Below, one piece after another: positions 50,068 through 59,419 of a stretch of DNA of 64,000 nucleotides (the first letter of the stretch is position 1; each line of letters opens with the position of its first letter). Location of the stretch: contig JAGGWS010000072.1 of the NCBI GenBank assembly GCA_021163425.1, forward strand, positions 6,582-70,581, read 5' to 3'. Source of the DNA: Candidatus Omnitrophota bacterium (GTDB lineage: Bacteria > Omnitrophota > Gorgyraeia > Duberdicusellales > Duberdicusellaceae). The notes beneath the pieces are model-generated. The model had not been told where the DNA came from and did not search any database. It saw only the letters and a program-made list of their open reading frames with translations. The position numbers and the translations under genes were made by a program.

Positions 50068-51125
50068 GGATGACTTTAAATGAGATAGCTCAGCTAATAG
50101 AAGGAGAAGTTGTTGGCGACCCTAATATTGTAATTACTGGGATTTCAGGGATTAAAGAGGCTAAACAAGGGGACATAACTTTTTTAGCTAATCCTAAGTA
50201 CACTCCTTTGTTAAAGACAACCCAAGCTTCAGCAATCATTACTTCTTTTGAGGTAAACAAAACCTCTAAACCCCTTATAAAGACAGAAAATCCTTCCTTA
50301 GCTTTTGCTAAGATAGTCTCTCTGGTAGGTCCTAATAATGTCCGCCATCCTCAAGGCATCCACCCTACGGCTTTAATTGCTGAAAGTGTTAAGCTGGGTA
50401 AAGGTGTAGCTATTGGGGCCTATGCAATAATTGAGGAAGGGGTGGTGATTGGAGACAATACTATTATCTATGGGGGCTGCTTTATTGGCCACGATACTAA
50501 AATTGGCAAAGATGCCCTTATCTATCCTAATGTTTCTATAAGAGAGAGAATAGAGATTGGTAATAGAGTGATAATCCACTCGGGCACAGTTATAGGGTCT
50601 GATGGTTTTGGTTTTGCCACGGTTAAGGGAGTTCAGGAAAAGATTCCTCAAATTGGCACAGTAGTTATAGAAGATGATGTGGAGATTGGAGCAAATGTTA
50701 CTATTGATAGAGCAAGGTTTGATAAGACTTTAATCGGGAAGGGAACTAAGATAGATAATTTAGTTCAGATTGCCCATAATGTTATAATAGGCGAACATTC
50801 TATAATCGTAGCTCAGGCAGGGATTTCTGGAAGCACTGTGGTTGGTAAAGGAGTAATTTTAGCTGGTCAGGCAGGAGTGGTAGGTCATATCCATATTGGT
50901 GATGGAGCAATAGTGGCAGCTCAAGCCGGAGTTACCAAGTCAGTCCCTCCTAATACTAAAGTCTCAGGCTATCCAGCAAAACCTCACGAACAGGCTAAGA
51001 GAGTAAATGCCTGTGTGCAGAGGCTTCCTCTTGCCTACAAGAGAATAAAAGAATTAGAGGAAGAAGTGAAGAGGCTTAAAGAGAAATTAGAAGAGTTGAC
51101 CTCTAAATTTGAGAGGAGTAGATAG
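50064..51125 (+). CDS. lpxD: UDP-3-O-acylglucosamine N-acyltransferase
   Basis: [21 protein letters not shown]; start at GTG 50064 or ATG 50070. Confidence 0.97.
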   Translation: MRMTLNEIAQLIEGEVVGDPNIVITGISGIKEAKQGDITFLANPKYTPLLKTTQASAIITSFEVNKTSKPLIKTENPSLAFAKIVSLVGPNNVRHPQGIHPTALIAESVKLGKGVAIGAYAIIEEGVVIGDNTIIYGGCFIGHDTKIGKDALIYPNVSIRERIEIGNRVIIHSGTVIGSDGFGFATVKGVQEKIPQIGTVVIEDDVEIGANVTIDRARFDKTLIGKGTKIDNLVQIAHNVIIGEHSIIVAQAGISGSTVVGKGVILAGQAGVVGHIHIGDGAIVAAQAGVTKSVPPNTKVSGYPAKPHEQAKRVNACVQRLPLAYKRIKELEEEVKRLKEKLEELTSKFERSR

Positions 51126-52442
51126 ATGTCAGGAGTAGCTAAACAGAAGACGATTAGAAAAGAAGTTAGTTTAGAAGGAGTAGGCCTCCATACCGGTAAA
51201 AATGTTAAGTTAAAATTTTTACCAGCTCCTCCTAATAGTGGGATATTGTTTTTTAGAGAAGATGCTTCTTCTTTAATAAAGGCAGATTTATATTCTGTTC
51301 TTTCCCCGGAAAGTTTTCCCCGCCGAACTTCTATTGGTAGAGATGGCGTATATGTTCATACTGTCGAGCACCTTATGGCCGCTCTCTCTATATTGGGAAT
51401 AGATAATATCCAGATAAATATAACTGGAGAAGAAGTTCCGGGAATGGATGGCAGTGCCAAAGATTTTATAGAAAACATAAAAAAGGCAGGAATAGTTGAA
51501 CAGCCTGCCCCTAAAGATTATTTAGTAATAAGAGAACCTATCTGGGTAGATGAAGGAAATTCCGGCTTAGTAATTCTTCCTTATCCCGAGTTCAGGATTT
51601 CTTATACTTTAGATTACAATAATCCTGTTATCTCTACAGATTTTCTGGATGTAGTTTTGAACTCTGAGGATATAGATTCTTTAGCAATTGCCAGAACCTT
51701 TTGTCTGGAGGAAGAAGTTACTCCTCTTTTAAATATGGGTTTAGGTAAAGGCGCTAATTATTCTAATACTTTGGTAGTTTCTAAAAAGGGGATATTGGAG
51801 AATAAGTTGAGAGATGAGGGAGAATTCGTAAAACACAAAGTTTTAGATTTAATTGGAGATTTATACTTAGCGGGTCCTCTTAAAGGCCATGTTATTGCTT
51901 TCCGTAGTGGGCACCTGTTAAATATAAAACTACTGACAAAACTGCGGGCTTACAAAGAAAAAGTTACATCTTCAGGAGTAGGAGCAGTGAGTGCCTTTAT
52001 CCCTTCTCAAGATACCTTAAATGCTTCAGAAATTATGAAGATTCTTCCTCACCGTTATCCTTTTCTCCTGGTGGATAAGATTGTTTATTTAGAGAAAGGT
52101 AAAAAAGCAATAGGGATTAAGAACGTTACTATAAATGATTACTTTTTTCAGGGTCATTTTCCTGACCGGCCGATTATGCCCGGGGTTTTGATTATCGAAG
52201 TTATGGCTCAGGTGGGAGGAGTATTAATGCTTTCTCCCCAAGAGAATAGAGGAAAACTCGCTTATTTTATGGCTGCTGATAATATAAAATTTAGGAGAAC
52301 GGTTGAACCGGGAGACCAGTTAGTTATAGAGGTTACTGTAGGAAAAGTAAAGAGTAAGACTGGCCAGGTTCACACTAAAGCTTTTGTAGATAATAAGGTT
52401 GTTGCTGAAGCAGATTTAATGTTTGCTTTAGTCAACCGATAA
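51126..52442 (+). CDS. lpxC/fabZ: Bifunctional LpxC-FabZ
   Basis: GVGLHTG, TVEHL, HKVLDLIGD; LPHRYPFLLVD, FQGHFP, MPGVL. Confidence 0.96.
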   Translation: MSGVAKQKTIRKEVSLEGVGLHTGKNVKLKFLPAPPNSGILFFREDASSLIKADLYSVLSPESFPRRTSIGRDGVYVHTVEHLMAALSILGIDNIQINITGEEVPGMDGSAKDFIENIKKAGIVEQPAPKDYLVIREPIWVDEGNSGLVILPYPEFRISYTLDYNNPVISTDFLDVVLNSEDIDSLAIARTFCLEEEVTPLLNMGLGKGANYSNTLVVSKKGILENKLRDEGEFVKHKVLDLIGDLYLAGPLKGHVIAFRSGHLLNIKLLTKLRAYKEKVTSSGVGAVSAFIPSQDTLNASEIMKILPHRYPFLLVDKIVYLEKGKKAIGIKNVTINDYFFQGHFPDRPIMPGVLIIEVMAQVGGVLMLSPQENRGKLAYFMAADNIKFRRTVEPGDQLVIEVTVGKVKSKTGQVHTKAFVDNKVVAEADLMFALVNR

Positions 52443-52499
52443 ATTCCTAATCAAGTCCGTAGGGTTTTAACCTTCAAGTTTCAAATTTTGGATTAAATC

Positions 52500-53276
52500 G
52501 TGTCTGTTCAAATTCATTCCCAGGCCCTTGTCTCTGAAAGAGCCTTTTTGTCTTGTGGCGTAGAGGTAGGAGCATTTTCAATAATTGAGGATGAGGTAAA
52601 GATTGGCGAGAATACGAAGATAGGTCCCAACTGTTTTGTTACTGGAGCTACCACTATTGGGAAAAGTTGTCGGATTTTTAAAGGGGCGGTGGTAGGTTCC
52701 CCTCCGCAGGATTTGAAATATAAAGGAGAGAAGACTTACTTAGAAATTGGCGATAATAATGTTATAAGAGAATTTGTGACCATTAACCCTGGGACAGAAG
52801 AAGACTCCAAGACTATAATTGGAAGTAACAACCTTATAATGGCTTATTCTCATATTGCTCATAACTGTAAAATCGGTAATAATTGTATCTTAGCTAACGG
52901 AACAACTTTGGCTGGATATGTAACTATAGAAGACCGGGTAGTTGTAGGAGGTTTAGTAGCAGTCCATCAGTTTTGTAGGATAGGTAGGTTTTCTATTGTT
53001 GGAGGTTGTTCAAAAGTAGTTCAGGATATCCCACCTTATTCTTTGGTTGACGGTCATCCTGCCAAGGTAAGAGGAATAAACCTGGTAGGATTAAAAAGAG
53101 CTAACTTCTCTAAAGAAACTATCGACATTCTTCACCGGGCTTTTAAAATCCTTTTTTTCAAAGGCCATACTTTAAAGTCTGCCCTGGAGATTGTAGAAAA
53201 ACAAATTCCCTTAATCCCCGAAGTAGAAGAACTTCTGCAGTTTTTAAAGGATTCTAAAAGAGGCATTAGCAGGTGA
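52500..53276 (+). CDS. lpxA: UDP-GlcNAc O-acyltransferase
   Basis: PQDLKY, IREFVTI, HIAHNC, VHQF, QDIPPY. Confidence 0.96.
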   Translation: MSVQIHSQALVSERAFLSCGVEVGAFSIIEDEVKIGENTKIGPNCFVTGATTIGKSCRIFKGAVVGSPPQDLKYKGEKTYLEIGDNNVIREFVTINPGTEEDSKTIIGSNNLIMAYSHIAHNCKIGNNCILANGTTLAGYVTIEDRVVVGGLVAVHQFCRIGRFSIVGGCSKVVQDIPPYSLVDGHPAKVRGINLVGLKRANFSKETIDILHRAFKILFFKGHTLKSALEIVEKQIPLIPEVEELLQFLKDSKRGISR

Positions 53277-54082
53277 AAAAAATAGGGTTAATAGCTGGAA
53301 ACAGAAATTTCCCTCTTCTTTTTTCTTCCCGGGCAAAAGTAAAACAACCTTCCTTAGAAATTATAGCAGTAGCTGTGAAGGGAGAAACTCAGAAAAGACT
53401 CTCTAAAATTGTGGATAAAATTTTTTGGGTAGACGCAGGAAAGGTAGGTAGAGCTTTAGAGATATTTCTGAGAGAAAAGGTAGAGAAGATTGTCTTAGCA
53501 GGTCAGATTTCTCCCTATCGTATTTTTAAGGATAGAAAACACTGGGATGAACTTATGCATAAGATTTTTAAGAATATTTCTGATTTTCGGCCCCATTCTA
53601 TCTTTTCTGAGATTATAAAAGAGTTTGAGTCTCAGGGTTTAAGCTTTATAAACTCAATCACCTTTTTAGAGGATTACTTAGTTAAAGAAGGTATAAACAA
53701 CAATGTTAAAGTAGATAGTAGTTTAGAAGAAGAGATAACTAAGATTTTACCTTTAGCCAGAAGGATTGTGGATTTAGATATAGGCCAGACTATTGTTTTC
53801 AAAGATAAAGCAGTAGTAGCAGTGGAAGCCTTAGAAGGAACAGACAATACTATAAAAAGAGCTTATAAAATATGTGGACCGGGATTTTTGGTGACAAAGT
53901 TAGCTAAGAAAGAACAGGATTTAAGATTTGATGTGCCGGTGATAGGTTTTAAGACAATTAAACTCCTTAAGAATTTAGGAGCTAAAGCCCTTATAGGAGA
54001 GAAGAACAAAACCCTCATCTTAGATAAAGAAAAAGTCTTATCTGTGTCTAAAAAAGTTAATATTCCCCTTATAGGAGTTTAG
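53273..54082 (+). CDS. lpxI: UDP-2,3-diacylglucosamine hydrolase LpxI
   Basis: GLIAG, DIGQT, AVEALEGTD, QDLRFDVP. Confidence 0.92.
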   Translation: MKKIGLIAGNRNFPLLFSSRAKVKQPSLEIIAVAVKGETQKRLSKIVDKIFWVDAGKVGRALEIFLREKVEKIVLAGQISPYRIFKDRKHWDELMHKIFKNISDFRPHSIFSEIIKEFESQGLSFINSITFLEDYLVKEGINNNVKVDSSLEEEITKILPLARRIVDLDIGQTIVFKDKAVVAVEALEGTDNTIKRAYKICGPGFLVTKLAKKEQDLRFDVPVIGFKTIKLLKNLGAKALIGEKNKTLILDKEKVLSVSKKVNIPLIGV

Positions 54083-54113
54083 ATTATTTAAATTTTTATT
54101 TCCTTTCTTCCTT

Positions 54114-54187
54114 GCCCCGGTAGCTCAATTGGATAGAGCTTCTGGCTTCGAACCAGAAGGTTGCGGGTTCAAATCCTGCCCGGGGCA
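54114..54187 (+). tRNA. tRNA-Arg(TCG), CCA not encoded
   Basis: GCCCCGG/CCGGGGC acceptor; TCTGG-CTTCGAA-CCAGA anticodon arm; T-loop TTCAAAT. Confidence 0.95.
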
Positions 54188-54266
54188 ATGTAACAAAAAT
54201 TGTTTGAATTAAACCCAAATTTTGCGTTAGGAAGTCTTTACAATTTCCTTGTCCTTGAAAAAGTGC

Positions 54267-54295
54267 TTGACAAAAGCCTGTTTTTAACCTAAACT
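54267..54295 (+). promoter_or_regulatory. pyr operon promoter
   Basis: TTGACA, 17 nt, TAAACT. Confidence 0.75.
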
Positions 54296-54303
54296 AAGAG
54301 CAA

Positions 54304-54334
54304 CCTTTAATCTGGTCCAGAGAGGCCAGAAAGG
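54304..54334 (+). promoter_or_regulatory. PyrR-binding RNA loop
   Basis: CCTTTAA-TCTGG-TCCAGAGAGG-CCAGA-AAGG matches the CUUUAA...GUCCNGNGAGG consensus; directly upstream of pyrR. Confidence 0.9.
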
Positions 54335-54374
54335 AATTAAGATGAACTTAAACCAGCCTATTAGTCAGGAGTTA

Positions 54375-54401
54375 CCCACCTAAAAAGGTGGGATTTTTTT
54401 T
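54375..54401 (+). terminator. Attenuator terminator in the pyrR leader
   Basis: CCCACCT-AAAA-AGGTGGG followed by A and a T8 run. Confidence 0.88.
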
Positions 54402-54409
54402 GTTTAGTT

Positions 54410-54958
54410 ATGGTTTACAGAGAAAAATCTAAGATATTAGGAGAAAAAGAAATAGAGAAGATAATTAAAAGACTCACTCACCAAATTTTAGAGAAGAATC
54501 TTTGTTTAGAGGAAGTTTGTCTGGTGGGAATTCAGAGGAGAGGAGTTTTTTTAGCCGGAAGAATAAAAAGGTTAATCTTAGAGATAGAGGGTAAAGAGCT
54601 TCCTTTAGGGGCAATTGACATAACTTTGTATAGAGACGACCTTACAGCTATCGGTCCTGTTCCCCAGGTGGGAAAAACCGAGATTAATTTTGATATAAAT
54701 AACAAGGTAGTAATCTTAGTAGACGATGTTTTATTTACTGGAAGAACTGTAAGGTCTGCCTTAGATGAAGTAATAGATTTTGGCCGACCCAAGAGGATTG
54801 AGTTAGTAGTTTTAATTGATAGAGGCCATAGGGAATTCCCGATAAGAGCAGACTTTGTAGGGAAAAATATCCCCACTTCTAGCTCAGAGATAGTGGAAGT
54901 AAGACTTAAAGAATTAGATGGTAAAGATGAGGTAGTAATATTAGAAGAAGACGCTTAA
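54410..54958 (+). CDS. pyrR: PyrR attenuation protein/UPRTase
   Basis: [25 protein letters not shown]-x-PI-x-AD-x-VGKN. Confidence 0.97.
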   Translation: MVYREKSKILGEKEIEKIIKRLTHQILEKNLCLEEVCLVGIQRRGVFLAGRIKRLILEIEGKELPLGAIDITLYRDDLTAIGPVPQVGKTEINFDINNKVVILVDDVLFTGRTVRSALDEVIDFGRPKRIELVVLIDRGHREFPIRADFVGKNIPTSSSEIVEVRLKELDGKDEVVILEEDA

Positions 54959-54959
54959 A

Positions 54960-55901
54960 ATGGGAGAGTGGCAGAGAAAGCACCTATTAGGTCTCAAAGA
55001 TTTAACCCGAGAAGAAATAGAAGTTATTTTAAATTCAGCCCAGGCTTTTAAGGAAATTTCAGAAAGAGAAGTCAAAAAAGTTCCTGCTTTAAGAGGGAAA
55101 ACTGTAGTTAACCTCTTTTTTGAACCTTCCACCCGTACTAAGACTTCTTTTGAGTTAGCTGCTAAAAGACTCAGTGCTGATGTAGTAAATTTTTCTTCTT
55201 CGGGAAGTAGCCTTGTTAAGGGAGAGACTATCTTAGATACTCTTAAAAATATTGAGGCTTATTCTGTAGACATCTTTGTAATCAGACACAGTGTTTCGGG
55301 AGTAGTTTTTTATCTTTCTCAGAGGACAACTTCTTCAGTGGTAAATGCTGGTGACGGTCAGAACGAACACCCTACCCAGGCTCTCTTAGATATGTTTACA
55401 GTGAGAGAAAAATTAGGTAGTTTAGAGAATTTAAAGGTGGCTATAATTGGAGATATTTATCATTCTCGGGTGGCTCGTTCTAATATCTGGGGTTTTAGTA
55501 AGTTTTCTTCCTCAGTCTATGTTTGTGCTCCTAAGACCCTTATTCCTAAATACTTTGATAATTTACCCTGTAAAATCACCTATTCTTTAAAAACTGCTTT
55601 AGACCAGGCTCAGGTAGTGATTATGCTCAGGATTCAAAAGGAGAGAATGAAGGAAAGGTTTTTCTCTTCGCAAAGAGAGTATGTAAAGTATTATTCTTTG
55701 AACGAAGAAAATTTAAAATTTTTACCTCCCCAAGCTTTAGTTTTACATCCTGCTCCGATAAACTGGGATATTGAGATAGCTTCTTCTTTAAAAGAGAAAG
55801 TTTCTCCTTTAATTTTAGAGCAGGTAAATAACGGTTTAGCCGTAAGGATGGCGGTCCTATATCTTTTGGCTGAGAAGAAAAGTTATGAAGTTGTTGATTA
55901 A
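54960..55901 (+). CDS. pyrB: Aspartate carbamoyltransferase catalytic subunit
   Basis: FFEPSTRT, NAGDG, HPTQ, RIQKER. Confidence 0.97.
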   Translation: MGEWQRKHLLGLKDLTREEIEVILNSAQAFKEISEREVKKVPALRGKTVVNLFFEPSTRTKTSFELAAKRLSADVVNFSSSGSSLVKGETILDTLKNIEAYSVDIFVIRHSVSGVVFYLSQRTTSSVVNAGDGQNEHPTQALLDMFTVREKLGSLENLKVAIIGDIYHSRVARSNIWGFSKFSSSVYVCAPKTLIPKYFDNLPCKITYSLKTALDQAQVVIMLRIQKERMKERFFSSQREYVKYYSLNEENLKFLPPQALVLHPAPINWDIEIASSLKEKVSPLILEQVNNGLAVRMAVLYLLAEKKSYEVVD

Positions 55902-57162
55902 AGAAGGTACAATAGTTAACCCTGATTCTCAGAAAAAGGCTGATGTCCTTATAGAGAGTTCCAGAATATCCCGGATAGCAGATGCTATTCCTGAGAAGGA
56001 GGCTGATAAAGTAATTTCAGCAAAAGATAAGTTTGTCTTTGCGGGTTTCATTGATATGCATACTCATTTAAGGACACCAGGTAGAGAAGACGAAGAAGAT
56101 TTACTTTCAGGAAGCCTGGCTTCAGCCCGGGGTGGCTTTACTACTCTTCTTTGTATGCCTAATACTAATCCAGCCATCGATAATTATGAGATAGCCTTAA
56201 GAATAAGGAAAGAAGCTGAAAAAATTGGTTTAGTAGATATATATCCTGTAGGAGCAATTACTAAAAACAGAGAGGGAAAAGAGATTTCAGAATTTGGGTT
56301 TTTAGCTGAAGCGGGATGTTTAGCTGTGAGTGATGACGGTTTTCCTCTTAAAGAGTCTTCTCTCTTGAGGAGAGCTTTAGAGTATGCAGAAAACTTTAAT
56401 CTTTTGGTAATCTCTCATTGTGAAGATTTGTCTTTATCTGGAGAAGGATTAATCCGGGAATCTCCTCTTTCTGCAGAGTGGGGGATTCCTTCAGTGCCAG
56501 AGATTTCTGAAATTGTAGATTTAGTCCGGCAGATAGAAGTGGTAAGATATTTAAATTCTCGAGTCCACTTTGCTCATATAAGTAGTAAGCGTTCAGTTGA
56601 GCTCATAAAGAGAGCAAAAGAAGAAGGAATAAACATTACTGCTGAGACCTGTCCGCATTATTTTACCTTCAGTTTAAAGGATGTAGAAGAGAGTGGCTTT
56701 TCTCCTTTATATAAGGTAAATCCACCTTTAGGAAGAGAAGAAGATAAATTAGCTTTAAAGAAAGCCTTAAAAGAAGGGATAATTGACGTAATAGCTACTG
56801 ACCACGCCCCTCACACTTATTTAGAAAAAGAAATAGACTTTAACTCAGCAGAATTTGGGATGATTGGTTTAGAATTTGCTTTGCCTTTGAGCTTGAGTTT
56901 GGTAAGAGAAGGTTTTCTGAGTTTAGAAGATTTAGCCTGCAGGCTTTCTTATAGGCCAGCACAGATTTTGAATTTAAAAGACAGAGGTTATATTAAAGAA
57001 GGGTTGCGGGCAGACTTAACTATAGTGGATACAGAAAGAGAACAGTTAATAACCAAGGAGAATATTTTTTCTAAATCCAAAAATACTCCTCTCTTAGGTA
57101 AAGTCTTAAAAGGAGAGGTCGTTTATACTATATATAAAGGTAAGATAGTTTACTCATCTTAA
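55885..57162 (+). CDS. pyrC: Dihydroorotase
   Basis: DMHTHLRTPG, MPNT, KVNPPL, ATDHAPH. Confidence 0.95.
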   Translation: MKLLIKEGTIVNPDSQKKADVLIESSRISRIADAIPEKEADKVISAKDKFVFAGFIDMHTHLRTPGREDEEDLLSGSLASARGGFTTLLCMPNTNPAIDNYEIALRIRKEAEKIGLVDIYPVGAITKNREGKEISEFGFLAEAGCLAVSDDGFPLKESSLLRRALEYAENFNLLVISHCEDLSLSGEGLIRESPLSAEWGIPSVPEISEIVDLVRQIEVVRYLNSRVHFAHISSKRSVELIKRAKEEGINITAETCPHYFTFSLKDVEESGFSPLYKVNPPLGREEDKLALKKALKEGIIDVIATDHAPHTYLEKEIDFNSAEFGMIGLEFALPLSLSLVREGFLSLEDLACRLSYRPAQILNLKDRGYIKEGLRADLTIVDTEREQLITKENIFSKSKNTPLLGKVLKGEVVYTIYKGKIVYSS

Positions 57163-57163
57163 G

Positions 57164-57631
57164 ATGAGATTTATTCTTACTAAAGAGCTGGGAAGACTTT
57201 CTCGCTGGTTGAGGGTTTTGGGTTTTGATACGGTTTATTTTAAAGAAGAAAATTATTCTAAATTGCTTCTTTTAGCTTTAAGAGAAGAAAGGATAATTAT
57301 TACTCGCAATAAGACTTTAGCTGAAAGAGTAACTACCAAAGCAGTATATTTAAAAGAAGAGAATTTACCAGAGCAGTTAAAAAAAGTTATTAAGAGACTT
57401 AATTTAAAGATAGAGGAGGATAAGATGTTTTCCCGCTGTGTTATCTGTAATAAAAGTTTAGAGAAGGTAGGGAAAGAAAAAGTAAGAGAAAGAGTTCCTG
57501 AATATATCTACAAGACTCAACAAGGTTTTAGGGAGTGTCCTCAATGTAAAAGGGTTTACTGGCCGGGTTCTCACTGGCAGAATATAAGAGAAGCTTTAAA
57601 TAAAACCGGGTTAAATGAAGTTTGTAGCTGA
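57164..57631 (+). CDS. Mut7-C RNase-domain (PIN-like + Zn ribbon) protein
   Basis: LGRLSRWLRVLGFD, SRCVICN, CPQC-x3-YW-x-GSH. Confidence 0.9.
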   Translation: MRFILTKELGRLSRWLRVLGFDTVYFKEENYSKLLLLALREERIIITRNKTLAERVTTKAVYLKEENLPEQLKKVIKRLNLKIEEDKMFSRCVICNKSLEKVGKEKVRERVPEYIYKTQQGFRECPQCKRVYWPGSHWQNIREALNKTGLNEVCS

Positions 57632-58844
57632 TTTGCACATTCATTCTAAATATTCTCGGGCTACCTCCCGGGATATGGAAGTGCCTAAATTAGTTCAGTG
57701 GGCTAAACTTAAAGGAATAACTCTTTTAGGTACCGGTGATTTTACTCATCACCTTTGGCTGGAGGAGTTAAAAAGGTATCTGACTCCTTTAAAAGATAAA
57801 GGTTTATTTATTTATGAAGGAGTCTACTTTATATTATCAGGAGAAATATCCAGCATTTTCTCTCAGAAGGGGAGAGTTTACCGGGTTCATAACCTGGTAT
57901 TAAGCCCTTCTTTTTCTATAGTTGAAGAGATAAATAAACTTCTTTCTTTCTACGGAAACTTGGCTTCTGATGGAAGGCCAATCTTAGGGATAAGCTGTGA
58001 GAAGTTAGCAGAAGAGTTATCTAAAATATCTGAGGATATTATGCTGATACCTGCTCATATCTGGACTCCCTGGTTTAGTGTATTCGGTTCCAATTCTGGC
58101 TTTAACTCTTTAGAGGAGGCATTTGGGAAGTATATAGGGAGGATAACCGCTTTGGAGACAGGGCTTTCTTCCAACCCCCTAATGAACTGGAGATTATCTA
58201 AATTAGATAAATTTTCTTTAGTCTCTAACTCTGATTCTCACTCTCCTTCCCGGATTGGTCGAGAAGCTAATGTCTTTGATTGCGAGTTAAATTACTGGGA
58301 GATTAAAAAAGTTTTAGAAACAAAAGATAAAGAAAAGTTCTTATATACTATAGAATTCTTCCCTGAAGAAGGAAAATACCACTATGATGGCCACAGAAAC
58401 TGTGGGATAAGGTTCCACCCTAAGGAAACTAAGATTCATAAAGGTATTTGTCCTAAGTGTGGTAAGCCTTTAACCCGGGGAGTACTCAATAGAGTAGAAG
58501 AATTAGCCGATAGAGAAGAAGGGTTTATTCCTCCTTCGGCTATTCCTTATAAGAGCCTTGTTCCTTTAGATGAGATTATTGCTGAAGCTAAAGGGTTAAG
58601 AAAAGGAGCGAAAGAAGTAGAAAGAACCTATTTAGAGCTGGTAAATAGTTTCGGTTCAGAACTTAATATCTTAGTGGAGTTAACTGAAGAAGAATTATTT
58701 TCTAAACTTCCTCCAAAGATTGCTGAGGGGATTGAGAGAATAAGAAAGGGGAGTTTAAATATTTTGCCGGGGTTTGATGGTGAGTATGGGCAGATAAAAA
58801 TATTTGACCAACACCAAGAAAAAGACCAGCTCACCCTATTTTGA
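57615..58844 (+). CDS. Endonuclease Q family (PHP domain + Zn finger)
   Basis: DLHIHSKYSRATS, GTGDFTH, PAHIWTPW, SNSDSHS, CPKCGKPLTRGV, GFDGEYG. Confidence 0.9.
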   Translation: MKFVADLHIHSKYSRATSRDMEVPKLVQWAKLKGITLLGTGDFTHHLWLEELKRYLTPLKDKGLFIYEGVYFILSGEISSIFSQKGRVYRVHNLVLSPSFSIVEEINKLLSFYGNLASDGRPILGISCEKLAEELSKISEDIMLIPAHIWTPWFSVFGSNSGFNSLEEAFGKYIGRITALETGLSSNPLMNWRLSKLDKFSLVSNSDSHSPSRIGREANVFDCELNYWEIKKVLETKDKEKFLYTIEFFPEEGKYHYDGHRNCGIRFHPKETKIHKGICPKCGKPLTRGVLNRVEELADREEGFIPPSAIPYKSLVPLDEIIAEAKGLRKGAKEVERTYLELVNSFGSELNILVELTEEELFSKLPPKIAEGIERIRKGSLNILPGFDGEYGQIKIFDQHQEKDQLTLF

Positions 58845-58855
58845 AAGGAGAAGTT

Positions 58856-59344
58856 ATGAAAGTAGCTTTGATATTTTATTCTTTTTCTGGCAATACCCAA
58901 AGGGTTTTTGAATATTTAAAAGAGGTTCTCTTATCTCGAGGTTGTAGTCTGGGATTTTTGCGATTAAAGCCAGAAAATGAGCCTAAGAGTTTTTTTAAAC
59001 AGGGCTTTTCTGCTTTTACTAAGGAGAAACCTAAATTAAAAGGAGAAGTTTTTTATGACCTGAAAGATTTTGATTATATAATCCTGGGAACGCCTCTATG
59101 GGCTTTTACCTTTTCCCCAGCTTTAAGGAGTTATTTAGAAAAGGTTAAAAATCTTAAAAATAAAAGAGTAAGTTTTCTTTTTACCTATGGCTCAGGAGCA
59201 GGATTAAGTAAAGCTATCCGGGAATTAAAGAGTATTTTAGAAGAAAAATCTGCTCAAATAAAAAGTTTTGCCAGCTTAGAAGGTAAAAAGGTTAAAGAGA
59301 GAAGCTATTTAGAGGAGAAACTAAAAGATTTTTTGCGCCTGTAG
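58856..59344 (+). CDS. Flavodoxin-like protein
   Basis: YSFSGNT FMN loop, GTPLWA; AAAGGAG SD before ATG 58856. Confidence 0.85.
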   Translation: MKVALIFYSFSGNTQRVFEYLKEVLLSRGCSLGFLRLKPENEPKSFFKQGFSAFTKEKPKLKGEVFYDLKDFDYIILGTPLWAFTFSPALRSYLEKVKNLKNKRVSFLFTYGSGAGLSKAIRELKSILEEKSAQIKSFASLEGKKVKERSYLEEKLKDFLRL

Positions 59345-59407
59345 CTCAAGTGGATAGAGCACAGGCCTCCGGAGCCTGGTGTGGCAGTTCGATTCTGCCC
59401 AGGCGCA
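59335..59407 (+). tRNA. tRNA-Arg(CCG), CCA not encoded, overlapping the flavodoxin stop codon
   Basis: GCGCCTG/CAGGCGC acceptor; CAGGC-CTCCGGA-GCCTG anticodon arm; GGCAG-TTCGATT-CTGCC T arm. Confidence 0.93.
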
Positions 59408-59419
59408 TAAGTAAGCCTT

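Noticed and set aside
51126-52442. LpxC-FabZ fusion as a novelty
   Set aside because: Well known in Bacteroidota, Chlorobiota and some PVC bacteria.
52443-52499. Small hairpin between lpxC-fabZ and lpxA
   Set aside because: Weak AT-rich stems (TAATC/GATTA, AGGGT/ACCTT), compatible with chance.
54188-54266. Integrated element or att site at tRNA 3' ends
   Set aside because: No integrase and no duplicated tRNA 3' fragment was seen beside any of the three tRNAs.
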